DNA of 64,000 bases, taken from contig OX597817.1 in assembly GCA_951406725.2 (NCBI GenBank), positions 53,630,001 through 53,694,000 of the forward strand, written 5' to 3'. A program made the position numbers and the translations under genes. How positions within the stretch are numbered: position 1 is the stretch's first letter; every line of letters begins with the position of its first letter. The stretch comes from Octopus vulgaris (Eukaryota). The notes below the pieces were generated by a model. The model searched no databases and was not told the DNA's origin. It was given only the letters and a program-made list of their open reading frames with translations. Below are positions 1 through 12,577 of the stretch, in pieces.

Positions 1-439
1 TATAATTGACCATTTCCGCCACTAAACTCTTGGCATTTTGTTTATGTTTAAGATACTTAGAGGACCAGAAGAAAAAAAAAAAACCTTGCAGTACCTCTTC
101 CAGGCTTTTGTATGTTGCATGTTCAAATCCCACTGAGGTCTACTTTGCTTTCCATTCCTCCAGGGGCAACAGAATAATGTACTGGTCAAATACTGGGGTT
201 GATTTACTCAACTAACACCTCCCCTCTCAATTTCAGTCCTTTTATGCCTATATTAGAAATAACTGTGCAAAGGACTGACAGAGCTGAAAAGAAACAAACA
301 CACACACACAACACGACTGTCACACGAGTCTAATACATAAATGTTGACCAATCAATTTGTACATTAATGGATAGCCTTCTGAGCTACATTCCTACTTTAA
401 AAACAAACTATTTTTATTACAAGTTAGAATAGACATAAT

Positions 440-921
440 CATCATCATTGTTCGACCGTGGTCGAGACAATGGAATTTATCATGCTACGCCAGACCTCAC
501 GGTCCATCTTAGCATTACAGAGGTCCTGTTGCTGGATGCCTGTATCCCTGGAGATTACATCAGGGTAGGAGAGTGTGCGTCCTCTGGTATCGCGAGTAAA
601 TGGCTTCCAGAGGAGAAGAGTAGAAATTGCCTCGTTTTCAGCTCTACAACAATGTCCAGCAAACTGGACTCTTCTACCTGTCACAAGAGACGATACAGGT
701 GGTAGTTTCCCATATATTTGTACTTTGGTTGGATGATGCCATCACGAGAGATTTTGAGCTCTCATAAGGAGGCAAGTGTAAGTTCCGTCCAACCGCCTCA
801 AGCTTCTTTGATAACATCCAGGTTTTTGAGCTATATAGTAGAATTGGTTCGACTGTGGCTTTGAAGATTTTGAGTTTGAAATCTCTACTTAGATTTGATG
901 ACCAGATCTTATGCATATCAT
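440..921 (-). mobile_element. 5'-truncated non-LTR retrotransposon (RTE/RTE-X-like) 3' end with (TGA)n tail and 12-bp TSD
   Basis: Frameshifted ORF pieces KLKIFKATVEPILLY.S.TW and RRVQFAGHC...GR...Y.D.I.RDTG...DR.VWR* are post-RT C-terminal motifs. AATAGACATAAT is duplicated at 428-439 and 922-933. Confidence 0.88.
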
Positions 922-1321
922 AATAGACATAATTCGCGAAACAGCTCCATACACTCTACACTTTCAAAAGTCTAATATGAAACCTGTCAAGTGCATTCCT
1001 ATGTTTTAAAATATAATTAAATTCTATTTAATCCTGATATATTCTCTGAGCATTTTCGACTTTCATTTCTTTTGTCTGTCTGTGTGTCTGTGCACATACA
1101 TGCATATACATGTTTTGTTTTGTATATTTACCATCTAAAATTTTTACTGATACCTTAATAGCGGGACTGTTCCCTGTTAAATTAATTATTTGATTTTGTT
1201 CTTTATTCTCGATTCTTTAATGTCGTTTGATTTCCTCTCTCCAACTCTGTTGCACCAAGTGCAGCACCAGTTGCATGACACTGCAGATAAGCATTAATAT
1301 TTAACTTGCTTCTGTTTACAG

Positions 1322-1443
1322 TATTGTCAGCGAATGCGCTGAAATTACTTGAGGACTTGAAAGACAGTGACCCAAACTTTACAATTCGAAGGCACCATGA
1401 TCAGGCTCGAGGAGAAATTCAACAAGTTGAAAGTTTACGGAAT
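1322..1443 (+). CDS. LRCH: LRCH internal coding exon (coiled-coil region before the CH domain): xLSANALKLLEDLKDSDPNFTIRRHHDQARGEIQQVESLRN
   Basis: Acceptor ctgtttacAG (1320-1321) and donor GTAAGT at 1444, phase 1 to 0. The FTIRR...QVESLR motif matches the LRCH pre-CH segment as I recall it and joins exon 3049 in frame. An in-frame alternative AG lies at 1329-1330. Confidence 0.85.
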
Positions 1444-2315
1444 GTAAGTTGTGAAACTAATTATAAAATGGTCCTTCCCCTACTTGAGTAGTGGTCCTTG
1501 CCAGACTCATTTGTAAACCATTATTGTTTGGTTATGATTTCCTTCCATAAGAAATTCTATTGCCAGGTTTTCCAGACATTTGGCTGAAGACTTTTGTCTT
1601 GTTCTCATCTGAAAATCCATTTATTATTAAGATTATTTCATTGTGGTCTGTGAAGCTCATCCTCAAAACCTGTCGCGACCAGTAAAAGAATGACCAGTTC
1701 CTGAATATCTACATACTTCCTGACTAGATTTAAACTAAATATATGCAATGAATTATTGATATTAAGAGCACCATACGAGGGTGATCGTTGACAGAGCAGC
1801 TAACCGGCTTCCGTGCCAGTGGCACATAAAAGGGCACCATGATGATGATTTCAGTTCTCTGATCACCATGTGGCTGTCTTATTCTTGGTGATAAGAAGGT
1901 TAGACAGCCAAAAATGGAACCTAGCTGGTTACCCATCCAAGGGGGCAATGACTAATGCAGAACAGAAGGGACATTTTAGTCCACCTTCTCTAGGGCATTA
2001 TAATTGGTTGGTTTCCTTTGTTGCTAGGTAACAGAAACCATAACAACCAGTCCAACACATGCTATGCCAGCTGAGGAAAAGCCCAAATGTATGTAAAATT
2101 GATGGTGATGGCCATGGAGCTTCCACAGTTATCATCATACTTACAGGACTGGATGGAATTAGGCCTGGAACCAAAGATTCCATCTCCAATCACTGCCTTT
2201 TCTTTGATACAGACATGCTTCCTGACTGGATTTGAATGAAATGCCTGAAATGAGTTGCCATAGAGATTTCCAAACTCATTAATAGTCTATATTTGCAATA
2301 TTATGTCCTCATTAC

Positions 2316-2833
2316 AAGGTAGCGAGCTGCCTGAATCGTTAACACACTGGGCAAGATGCTTAGCAACAGTTTGTCCATCTTTACATTCTGAGTTCAAATT
2401 CTGTTGAGGCTGACATTGCCTTTCATCCTCTCGGGGTCAGTAAAAGAAATACCAGTTGAACACTGGGGATGATGCAATCAACTTACCTTCTCCTCTGAAA
2501 TTGCTGGCCTTGTGCCAAAGTTTGAAACCAATATTATAACTTTCCACTATTAACCTCATTGTTGGTGTGAATGTGTGTGTATATATATATACACTCACGA
2601 TATGTCTGTGACACAAAAGGTGGCAAGCTGGCAGAAACATTAGCACGCCAGACGAAATGCTTAACGGTATTTCATCTGTCTTTATATTTTGAGTTCAAAT
2701 TCTGCCAAGGTTGACTTTGCCTTTCATCCTTTCAGGGTCAATAAATTAAGCACCAGTTGCATACTGGGGTTGATCTAATCGACTGCCACCCTTCCCCCAA
2801 AATTCCAGGCCTTGTGTCTAGAGTAGAAAAGAA
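2316..2833 (+). mobile_element. Two CpG-decayed copies of tRNA-derived SINE family A (2316-2530 and 2617-2833)
   Basis: Head aaggtggcaagctggcagaa..ttagcac, B-box-like gagttcaaattc, and core ttgcctttcatcctttc.gggtc.ataa...taccagtt..actgggg (resembles the Nin/Deu domain, from memory). Confidence 0.85.
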
Positions 2834-3048
2834 TATGTCATGCATTTCAATCAGTTTGATCTCCAATTGTCTTCTAGGTGTGTTACTCTCAGGCCCTTGT
2901 TTGACCTTGGGACTAGGGCTAAACAGCTTCAACAACCTACATATACTATTATATTAACATTTCCTGAGACACACAAGTCTATTTCTCAAAAGTATTCAAT
3001 GATTATATTTTTTTCATTTTCTTTTCTTCTGTTCTGTCATTTTTGTAG

Positions 3049-3186
3049 ACTATCCAAGCCCGATTAAAGGTGACGTTACCAGACAATTTACCTGAGGCAT
3101 TAAGGGATGGAGTTGTACTTTGTCACTTAGTCAATCAGATTCGTCCGAGAGCTGTAGCCACCATTCATGTACCTTCCCCAGCAGTA
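3049..3186 (+). CDS. LRCH: LRCH exon, CH domain N-terminal half: TIQARLKVTLPDNLPEALRDGVVLCHLVNQIRPRAVATIHVPSPAV
   Basis: Long polypyrimidine tract plus ttttgtAG (3047-3048), donor GTAAGT at 3187, 46 codons, phase 0-0. DGVVLCHLVN.IRPR.V..IHVPSPAV is the LRCH CH-domain signature. Confidence 0.97.
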
Positions 3187-3739
3187 GTAAGTATTCAACT
3201 GCGGAGTTTATGCTGTTACATCAGAGTTCATATCTGTGTCACTGTGTTTATATCAGTGTGCTTGGGTTTTCTTTCCTTTTCTACAGAGATGCTTGCACCC
3301 ATCCTTAGCCTTCTGTATACAGGTACCATCTTCATGCTGCCTTTACCCTGCATATCAAACTGACATTCATGACCAAACCCCTCATATACATTCTGTACTG
3401 AGAACATGATACCCAAGGCTACATAACAAACGTACAATCGCACATCATAATCAAAAGATATCATCTTTATCTTCTGCATCATCTATCACTGATAAATTAC
3501 AATTCAAACTTTGTTAGACCAAACATTAGTTGCTACTCACAGTCTCCAATCATCTCTCCTGGCACTTTCTCCCCAAAACTAATATTTCACCTGTAAGGAC
3601 CAGAAAATATTTCACCTGTAATTTGGTGCTGCTATTCTTTACAATGAGTGTGCGCTTCTTCCATATCTGAGATGTTCTGCTTATAAACACACCTTGACAG
3701 TTGATAGTCAAAGAATTGCTTATCGACACAACTGCTGGT

Positions 3740-3837
3740 CCACACTGCAGCCACGGGCCCACACTGCAGCCACGGGTCCATACTGCAGCCACGAACCCAC
3801 ATTGCAGCCATGGGCCTAACTGCAACCACGGGCCCAC
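3740..3837. repeat. 19-bp minisatellite, five copies (CACACTGCAGCCACGGGCC)
   Basis: Units start at 3741, 3760, 3779, 3798 and 3816. Confidence 0.9.
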
Positions 3838-5415
3838 TCCAAGAATTACCCTTAGTAAAACATATTAGTAGTTATTAGTTCCATTTTCCAAAGAGAAAGT
3901 AAGGTAGATTATGCTGCTTGTTACTAAGGAAACCGGCACATGCTTTCTCGCAGACAAGAGAGTTATCATGGTCTGCTTGTTACTATAGAACCAGGCATAA
4001 ATGTGTCTATGACTTAGGATTGGTTAAAATTAGCTCAAATTTTCAAACTTTCATTGCAAATAATTCTTTATTTATTGATTTATAGTGGAAATGATTTTCA
4101 TGTCCTTCATTAGCTTATAAAAGTGTGTTATTACGTTGAATATGAAATCAATTCAAACAGAATTGACGCTGGCAGCCACACCGAAAAGATCCTCTCTTTC
4201 TAATATATATATTTACCTGCTCAAGGATGAATCACTTACAGCCAGCTTTGCTAGGCAGATACAACACCATCTTTGTTGTAGTTCAAGCCAGCGATTTAAT
4301 TGTAAACAATCCCAAGTGCTTATAGTACATACCTTTCATTATGTGATTAGATGAAATGTTTTTTTAATAGTCACAAACTACTGATGTTTTTCTCTTTTTT
4401 TCTTTTATCTAAGATCTCTGTTAAATTCTAATTGTTAGTTTAAAATACTAAAAGGTGAAAATATTTTACTGAATCTTCCTAAATTGTCAATTATTTTGAA
4501 ACACCTGTCCATTAACAATGATCCATGCATAGTAATGTGAATATTTTCTTCCCCTGTCGCTACCACATTAAACCAAACACTTTTCAGTAGCTAGGGTTCA
4601 TCAGGTTATCTCCCTCTATGCAAGAAAAGGTCAACTTGGTTTTCGTTTCTAACGTGATCAATAAAATAATCAACGATGTATTGAAGTCGAGATAATCAAT
4701 TAAAAACTCTTGAAATAGTGCTGCAGCATTTGTTGCACTCCTTTGACTGAAATCAATAAAATGAATTACGATACCGATTCTGGACTAAGTTTTTGCTATA
4801 ACCTACTGCTGTGGGTGCCTCTGAGCCTTCTTCAGTCAATGATACAACATCTGGGAGCCTTGAACAAACCATTTTAATGCTTTAAGGGTGGATAAGGGTG
4901 TTAACCATAAGAGCCAGAGAATACCTGTAAATATACATACATACGTACATACATATTTATCTCATCATCATTTAATGTCCACTTTCCATGCTAGCATGGG
5001 TTGGACAATTTGACTGAGGACTGGCGAACCAGATGGCTATGGTACAGAACATGGTACAGAATTACGAATACAAACAACAAGAAATAACAACAGGTGTCTT
5101 TCGACTAAGAACAAATGAAATTGAGCTGGTGTGTATGAAGTGAAAGCCTAAAGGCAGGAACATAGCAGATGGACACAAGAGGTGTTTGCTCAATTCACAC
5201 ATGCTCACAAGTTTATATGATTATACGCAACCACATTTTCCTAATCCCTTCTCTCTCACATGCATTCATATATTAATCCCTTCTCGATCACACACATACA
5301 TGTTAATCCCTTCTCTCTCAGACACATACATATGTCCACTTACTGTTTTTGTTTATGTTGCTTAAAGAACTTCTCTCTCTTTGTCTTCAACACTAAATCT
5401 TGTTTTTTTCTGCAG

Positions 5416-5493
5416 CCTCAACTCACGATGGCAAAGTGTCGCAGGAATGTGGAGCATTTCTTAGAAGCTTGCCGGAAAATCGGTGTTGACCAG
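5416..5493 (+). CDS. LRCH: LRCH exon, CH domain: PQLTMAKCRRNVEHFLEACRKIGVDQ
   Basis: Acceptor tttttttctgcAG (5414-5415), donor GTAGGA at 5494, 26 codons, phase 0-0. The MAKCRRNVE.FLEACRK.GV motif is characteristic of LRCH. Confidence 0.97.
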
Positions 5494-5906
5494 GTAGGAG
5501 CATTTTGTCTTTTGTTCTGCCTCACTTGTCTGATAAATCCACACCAGTATTTAGAACATAGTTAAGTTTTACATGTGAGTGTTGCATGTCGTGGCTGTGA
5601 TCCCCCTATCCCCATATGTGCAGAGTTAAGTGAGATTTGGGTAAAAACCTTGTAGAATGCTGAGCAAAGCTCATCCGCAGTTATTGGCTACCTGATGTCA
5701 TCATACAGTAGAAGTGCACAGGCTGCTGGATATAAATCAGGGATTCCATAGTATCCATTGAGGAACGTAATATAATGACTGTACAACATTTCACACATGA
5801 ACTTCAGGTGCAAAAATTCTCCAGAACAATTGTAGTGATTTTAAGTAAAGAATGTCATTAATTCCATTTTCGGTTGCATGTGTGTCTGTGGGTGCATATA
5901 TACATA

Positions 5907-5942
<36 letters not shown>

Positions 5943-6388
5943 TAAATTGAAACTGCTCTTCTTTCACATGGTATATAGAAGCCATGAGTAGATTTAAGTT
6001 CCTTCAGGATTTTTCTTATTTCCTTGTTGGTTTGTTGTGGTGATTAGTTTGGTCCAGTGGCATTCCTAAATCCATTAACAATTTGAAAGCTAACAGTTAG
6101 ACTCATCGTCAGAATACAGGAATGCTAATAATGATATAGTTTGTGCTGTTCTTTGAGATTGCCATAGCTCTGTTGTTGTTGGTAATTTGGTCAGTTGTAA
6201 AAGTCTTTCCATGATCCTTTGTTAACCCTCTGCAAACTATTTGAGTATAAAGTCCCAGAAATATTAATGGTCCAATGTATTTACAAATGTTTTTGATGTA
6301 AAGTCAGAAAATAAGGAAACGAGGGAAAAAATCTTTAATAAAAAGACCGGACTTAAACATAGTCCTGTTTGATATATATATATACATA

Positions 6389-6424
<36 letters not shown>

Positions 6425-6655
6425 TGTATGTATGTATGTATGTGTGTGTGTGTGTGTGTAAAACAGCTAAAGAGCTAGGGACAGCTGCCTTAGAATTTGA
6501 TATGGGAAGCACGGGGCAGATATGGTGTTTATACACCTTTTACAATAAGAGAATTTTTTCTTCATAGTAACTGCCATGAATTTGCTGTTAGAAGTTAAAG
6601 TATGTCACCCAACATATTTTAGGTAATCTAATGTTTACACACACACACACATATA

Positions 6656-6896
6656 CAATGAAAAGAAGAAGACAAGGAAAATTCTTTAACACACCTTTAA
6701 CATAAGTTACAATTGTTTCCATACCATCTCTATTTGCAATGCCAAGGTAAAAACACACTTTCGATACATGTCTGATGAAGTGTCTCTCTAAGAATTTTTG
6801 TGTAAACTGACGTTGCAAATAGAGATGATACGGAAACAATTACAACTTCTATTGAAGATGTGTCAAAGCATTTTCCTTGTCTTCTTCTTTTCATTG
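6656..6896. mobile_element. Foldback element with ~88-bp imperfect arms and a ~65-nt spacer
   Basis: caatgaaaagaagaagacaaggaaaa...ctatttgcaatg pairs with cgttgcaaatag...ttttccttgtcttcttcttttcattg. Confidence 0.75.
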
Positions 6897-7067
6897 GATT
6901 ATTTATTCTTTGCCAAGCCCATTTGACAGTATAATCGTCATGAAACTTGAATTTTCTACACCTGTAGAATTCCAACTTTGGCCTGGAACCCAACTGTGTT
7001 GATAGCCCAGTATTCAGGTTGAGTGCTTCTCTGGAAATGCCCCAACTTCACACCCCGCCTGACCTTA

Positions 7068-7159
<92 letters not shown>

Positions 7160-8795
7160 ATTGTGCATGTATGTATGTATGTACATGTCTATGTATGTTT
7201 ATAAAAAATCAGTACTGCTTGAAATAAAAAAAAGTATGCAAAAACCTCCCTGCAAATCATGATTGATGCCTCTCTGGAACTACTTAGGGTTGGTTGGACA
7301 AATCCTACACTAGTTGAGTTATATGATAAAGCGAGATGATTGGAAAGAGAGAGAGAGAGAGAGAGAGATCTAATATGTTATAAACTATTCTTTTGCCAAA
7401 TAACAGTTGTAGTTTTAATTTTAAGCCAGTCACAAAAGCATCTCTATGATAGAATGGTTCATAATTTAATCTGGTTTAAACTCGATCAGAGGTTATCAGG
7501 CTATTTTCTGTCAGTTTGTATTTGTTTCCTTATTAAACCTTTCATTACTGTATTTATTTTGAGATGCTCTGTGTTTCTTTCACTTACTTTAAATATAACA
7601 AAGAATTTAGTAAAATAACTTAGTTATCATTCAGCTAGTGTTAGGAACATAAATTGTGACTAAGGTTTGGTGGAAAATTTTGATTCAAAACTCATGAAAA
7701 CAAAACATTTGTACTACAGAGCCAGATTCAGCCGAGTTGGTAACGAAAGGATTAATATATCCAAATGCACACTCACAAACATATGCTAAAGTGCAATTGC
7801 AATTATAACATAGGCATAAAGATGCATATGTTATTTAGAATTGGTCAGAAAATAAGAACTTTGAGATATGGGTATTTTCATAGGAATTTATTGCTCCCTC
7901 GTAATAGCATCATCCTTGGACAGCTTCATTATTTCATGTCCCATATTGCATAAATTCCTTTTCACTTTTCACCATTCCTGTTGGATGAGTTTGGAATTGG
8001 AATAATATTGTTCAGTTTGTGTGGCTCCAGTCTGGCTATGACAAATAAATATTTTGAGAGCATCAGATGAGATACCTGGTGGTATTTCTTTTTACATTCT
8101 GTATTCATATCAGAATTCTGGTGCAGGCTTCTGCCTGGCCAGCTCCTTTCAAACCGTCCTGCTCATGCCAGCATGGAAGGCAGATGTTAAACGATGATGA
8201 TGATGGGGATTATATACCCTGTTCAGGTCAGTTTGCCATTTATCCTTAGGAATTAATAAAATACAGGTCAAGCACTGTGTGTGTGGGGAGTTGGGTTCAT
8301 ATAATTGGTTAAACCCCTATCCAATTCACTAGCTTTGCGTGCTTGTTATAATTATTAAAAAGAAATATTTTCATATATCTTAGTAATTATTGTTTATATA
8401 TATATATATATGTAAAAGCTTGCATGTGATCCAATGGAATTTTGAAATAAATATATTGATCATAGGAGGTAACTTATAAGAATCTCTTGTTATCTCACTT
8501 AGCCCTGGATTTTTGCAAGAAATTGCATTCGCCATAGATTAATTCCTTAATTATCATCTAAAATGGAAACGAATGCCAACACTTCATTATGGCATGCTTC
8601 AACAATTGTGAAGATCTGTTCACACAAAACTATTGGTTACCTTTTTAAATTGCTAAATAAAGAATATCCATCAGTGTGGTGTTGAGCACTCATTCTAACA
8701 GTTCGATATTAGTGTGTGTGTATGTATATATATATATGGTTAATAAAAAAAAAAAACATATCAGAAAAAGCACACTAAAAACTAGAGAAGTAATT

Positions 8796-8935
8796 ATTAC
8801 AACAATATTTTATATAGAGTTTACCCAAGGTTTTGCATTCACAAAGCCAAAACCTTGTGGATATAGAGCTGCCCCCAAGGCTTAGCCTCTGTGGGCGTGA
8901 AACCTTGGGTAACTCTATATAAAATTTTCTTGTGA
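8796..8935. mobile_element. Short degenerate foldback element
   Basis: attttatatagagtttacccaaggttt... pairs with ...aaaccttgggtaactctatataaaat. Confidence 0.65.
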
Positions 8936-9805
8936 TATATATATATGTGCTTTGCTGGACTGTGTCCTTGCATGGTAGTGTAAATGCCAAGTTTATTTGT
9001 AAAAGGTTTTGAGGACAAAAGTATTTTATTTTATTAAAGGCAAACAAAGGTTAAACTAAGATGAGTCCAGCATAAGTTGTATTCATTTCCTTGGTTGATG
9101 GAGATTAGATTAGCTTCCTTTTATTGCTAGTTTTAAGGAAATGAGATCGATATTGGGATTTAGACTGGATGCTTTGGTTATGATTGGTCAGCCTGTGTCA
9201 TCTGGTACTTAGTTTCTGATTGTGAGTTCAGCTGAAATGAATAGCAATAAGGGGCCTGCCCACACATTCATTATAAAATTCCATTGACATAGTTAACGTC
9301 ATATAAATGCAAAAGCATATTTTGTGTGTGTGTGTGTGGATGGAGGGGGAGGTCATTCAGTGATGGGTATGTTTTCACATTTTACCACCAAAAAGGAACA
9401 GTTTCAAATTCTCTGATTTAGCAATTGATTCCGTAAACAAACAGCATTTTTTTTCTTTTTTTTTTTGTGGATGAAAATTTTATTTGCAATATTTTTGTTT
9501 TGCTTTATCTGCTGTGTATAGCGTGAAATTACGTGTGTATGTTTGTGTGTGTATTTAAAAAAAGAATAAAAATGGTTTTTCTGATAATTTTTCCACTTTA
9601 ATAAGCAGTTATTTATAATCATTAGGTGTTTTACAAATCGTCTTAATCTGTCAGGATGGCCAATTTATAAACACCTAATAATTTATAACCCATATGATTA
9701 TTAAAGTGGAAAAATTGTCAAAAATAACTATTTCTATTCATTTTTTCAAATATATAATATTGTACGAAGGACTTTCAGTTTCTTATTCTACTACATATAT
9801 ATATA

Positions 9806-10108
9806 TATTAAAAATGGGGAAGGCTGGTTTATGGGATTGCCTTAGGTTTCCCATCCATAAAGGGTTTAGCTTTATGGCATATCATCAGATCTCAAAAGCC
9901 TGTTGGCCCACGACCTCTTAAAAATATGGAGGGTATATTCTTAGTGGAGTAGCCGAAACATAGAGAGAAAGAGATTTCCCCCTCCATATTTTTAAAAGGT
10001 CATGGGCCTACAGGTTTTGGGATGTGACGATACACTATAAAGCTAAACCCCCTTTGTGGGCGGGAAACCTAAGGTAACCCCATAAACTGGCCTTCCCCAT
10101 TTTTAATA
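9806..10108. mobile_element. TA-flanked foldback MITE (Tc1/mariner-type), about 303 bp
   Basis: TA|TATTAAAAATGGGGAAGGCTGGTTTATGGG... pairs with ...CCCATAAACTGGCCTTCCCCATTTTTAATA|TA, with imperfect arms of about 125 bp. Confidence 0.85.
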
Positions 10109-10838
10109 TATGCTGCTCTACATCTTAGAGTGTGCTTCTTCTTTTGGATTTATGTGTTTTACAAACGATATATATATATATATATATATATATAAAGATG
10201 ATGCTTTACGTTGATATAATCTTTATTACATTTCAGTAAAACTGTGTAAATGCAGTGTTTAAAGTCCACATTATTATCTCCTCAGCTGCTGCATCTTGTT
10301 TCTAAGTTTTTCTGTTATCTCTGCTGTTCTGAGCCTCTCTGTAATCATGGCTAACATTATCTTTTCTCTCGGTATATTTCTTCCTTCATAAATATTCCGA
10401 TGGAAGCTTTTATTGTTTGTTTCTTTTACTTTCAGTTATTTGCGTATTTTTTTGTTTTTTTTTGTTATCTTTTGCTTGTCTCGTTCAATTACAATTTATT
10501 TTTTATTGCCTTTCTTGTGATGTCACTGTTAAGTTATATTTTTCGTTTAATTTTCTTCATTATTTTCACTAACAACCTATTGCTGTCTAAAACTAATCAA
10601 GATTTTTAGCTATACTCAAAAGCTGGTTTTCCCTCCACTTGTGAGGTGTTGCTCCAGCTGACCTGTTGGGCTAACTTCTACTAAAACTACACATTTCATG
10701 CTCTTGGTCCCTCTTTGTTAAGGTTACTGTATGTCTGCTGCTGTTGTGGGATGAATACAAACAAGTAATTTCTTGGGCCTGATTACTCTACTGCTTGATT
10801 TCACAAATCTCCTCTAGTTAACAGGATTGAATCTGTAC

Positions 10839-11255
10839 ATCATCATCATCATCGTTTAACGTCCGTTTTCCATGCTAGCATGGGTTGGACGGTTCGACCA
10901 GGGTCTGGGAAACCAGGAGGCTGCACCAGGCTCCAGTCTGATCTGACAGTGTTTCTACAGCTGGATGCCCTTCCTAATGCCAACCACTCTATGAGTGTAG
11001 TGGGTGCTTTTTACATGACACCGGCACAGGGGCCAGAGGAGGCTGACAAACGGCCACGATTGGTTGGTGCTTTTATGTGTCACCAACACGGACGCCAGTC
11101 AGGCGACGCTGGCATCTGCCACGTTCGGACGGTGCTTTTAACGGCTACGATCGGTTGATGCTTTTACGTGTCACCAACACAGACGCCAGTCAGGTGGCGC
11201 TGGCATCTGCCACGTTCGAACGGTGCTTTTAACGTGTCACCGGTACGAGTATCTT
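10839..11255 (-). mobile_element. RTE-related 3' UTR/SINE fragment with (GAT)n tail; relatives near 4965, 8150, 15565, 16690, 31690 and 41708
   Basis: Shared catcatcatcgtttaacgtcc..ttccatgctagcatgggttggac...ctggatgcccttcctaatgccaaccact block. This copy has an internal ~68-bp tandem duplication (11081-11150 and 11150-11235). Confidence 0.75.
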
Positions 11256-11502
11256 AACTACAATATAATTATATTGGTGTGTGTCTGTCTGTATGTGAGA
11301 GAGAGAAAAAAGAAACAAAAAAAGAAATAGAGCATTAGTTTTGTTATACTGACATCACTGTTTAGACTGTTTCTCTTTTCTCAAAGAATATCTTCATCCA
11401 TTCCTTGGGCTTTCTAGTCCGTTTTGTTTATCAACGCATCTGTCTTTCTTAATTCTTTCTGTGGGTTAAAACAAGTACTTTTAATATTACAGTTTGTTTT
11501 CC

Positions 11503-11545
<43 letters not shown>

Positions 11546-11769
11546 ACATGTGTATATGACTAAGAGAGATAATTTTGCCAACTTCTCTCATTATTCATTG
11601 AGAAATTTCCTCAAGTCAGTTCTATTATTGGAATCAATCAATGAACAATCTCGTAGGTTTACTGTGTAATTCTTTGATCACTGTTGTGGTTACTATGGTG
11701 ATTGCCATGACTCACAGAAAAATTCAGAAGAAAATAGAAATACGTATAATTATGTCTTCTGTACATGAT

Positions 11770-12490
11770 CATGATGATAATCATCAACATTTAACGTCTT
11801 TTTTCCATGCTGGCATGGGTTGGACAGGACTGCACTTGGCTCCATAGTCTGTTTACACTTGGTTCCTATGGCTGGATGCCCTTCCTAATGCCAACCACTT
11901 CTGACAGTGTACTAGGTGCTTTTTACATGGCACCAGAACCAAACAATTACTTTTTACATGACACTTTGGGTTTAGGACATTAATACTGTTGTGGTGGTCG
12001 GGTCTTCTCGAGTACAGCAATGTGCCACATATCTCGGTCCTCTGTCATTTCCATTTTAAGGTTCAATGTTTTGAGATCAGCCTTCAGTACTTCGACCCGT
12101 GTCTTCCTGGGGCTCCCTCTCCCATGACCCACCTCCACTTTTAAGTGATCGCCACTTTATGTAACCATCTCATTCATCTGCATCACATGACCAAATCAGC
12201 GCAGTCTCCTCTTGTACACTGCATCTGTTTCCTCTTATGCTCAGCTCCTCTCTCAATACACAATGCTCTGTTGCACATGCACACTGACATTACACATCCA
12301 GTGGAACATACTAGCTTCATTTCTTGCAAGCCTACACATGTCCTTCGCATTCAGAGCTCATGTCTCACTACCATGCAGCATTGCACTTCATACACATGCA
12401 TCATAGAATCTTCCCTTCACTTGGAGAGAGGGACCTTTAGTTGTCAACAGAGGTAAAAGCTCTCTGAACTTCCTCCATCCTACTCTTATT
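11770..12490 (-). mobile_element. Decayed RTE-type LINE 3' fragment with 3' UTR and (GAT)n tail
   Basis: The - strand translates, with stops, to ...SIRG.RCSVQERRLR*FGHVMQM...GRGSPRKT..EVLKADLK...DRDMW. Its 3' UTR ends gcatggaaaaaagacgttaaatgttgatgat. Confidence 0.75.
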
Positions 12491-12521
12491 CAGGAAACAA
12501 TTTTATATATATATATGTATG

Positions 12522-12577
<56 letters not shown>

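Noticed and set aside
4779-4835. Minus-strand CTGAAGA-A-GGCT...AGC-AAAAAC-TTA-GTC hammerhead-like string
   Set aside because: GAAA is destroyed, stem I does not pair, and there is no second copy in the window to build a consensus.
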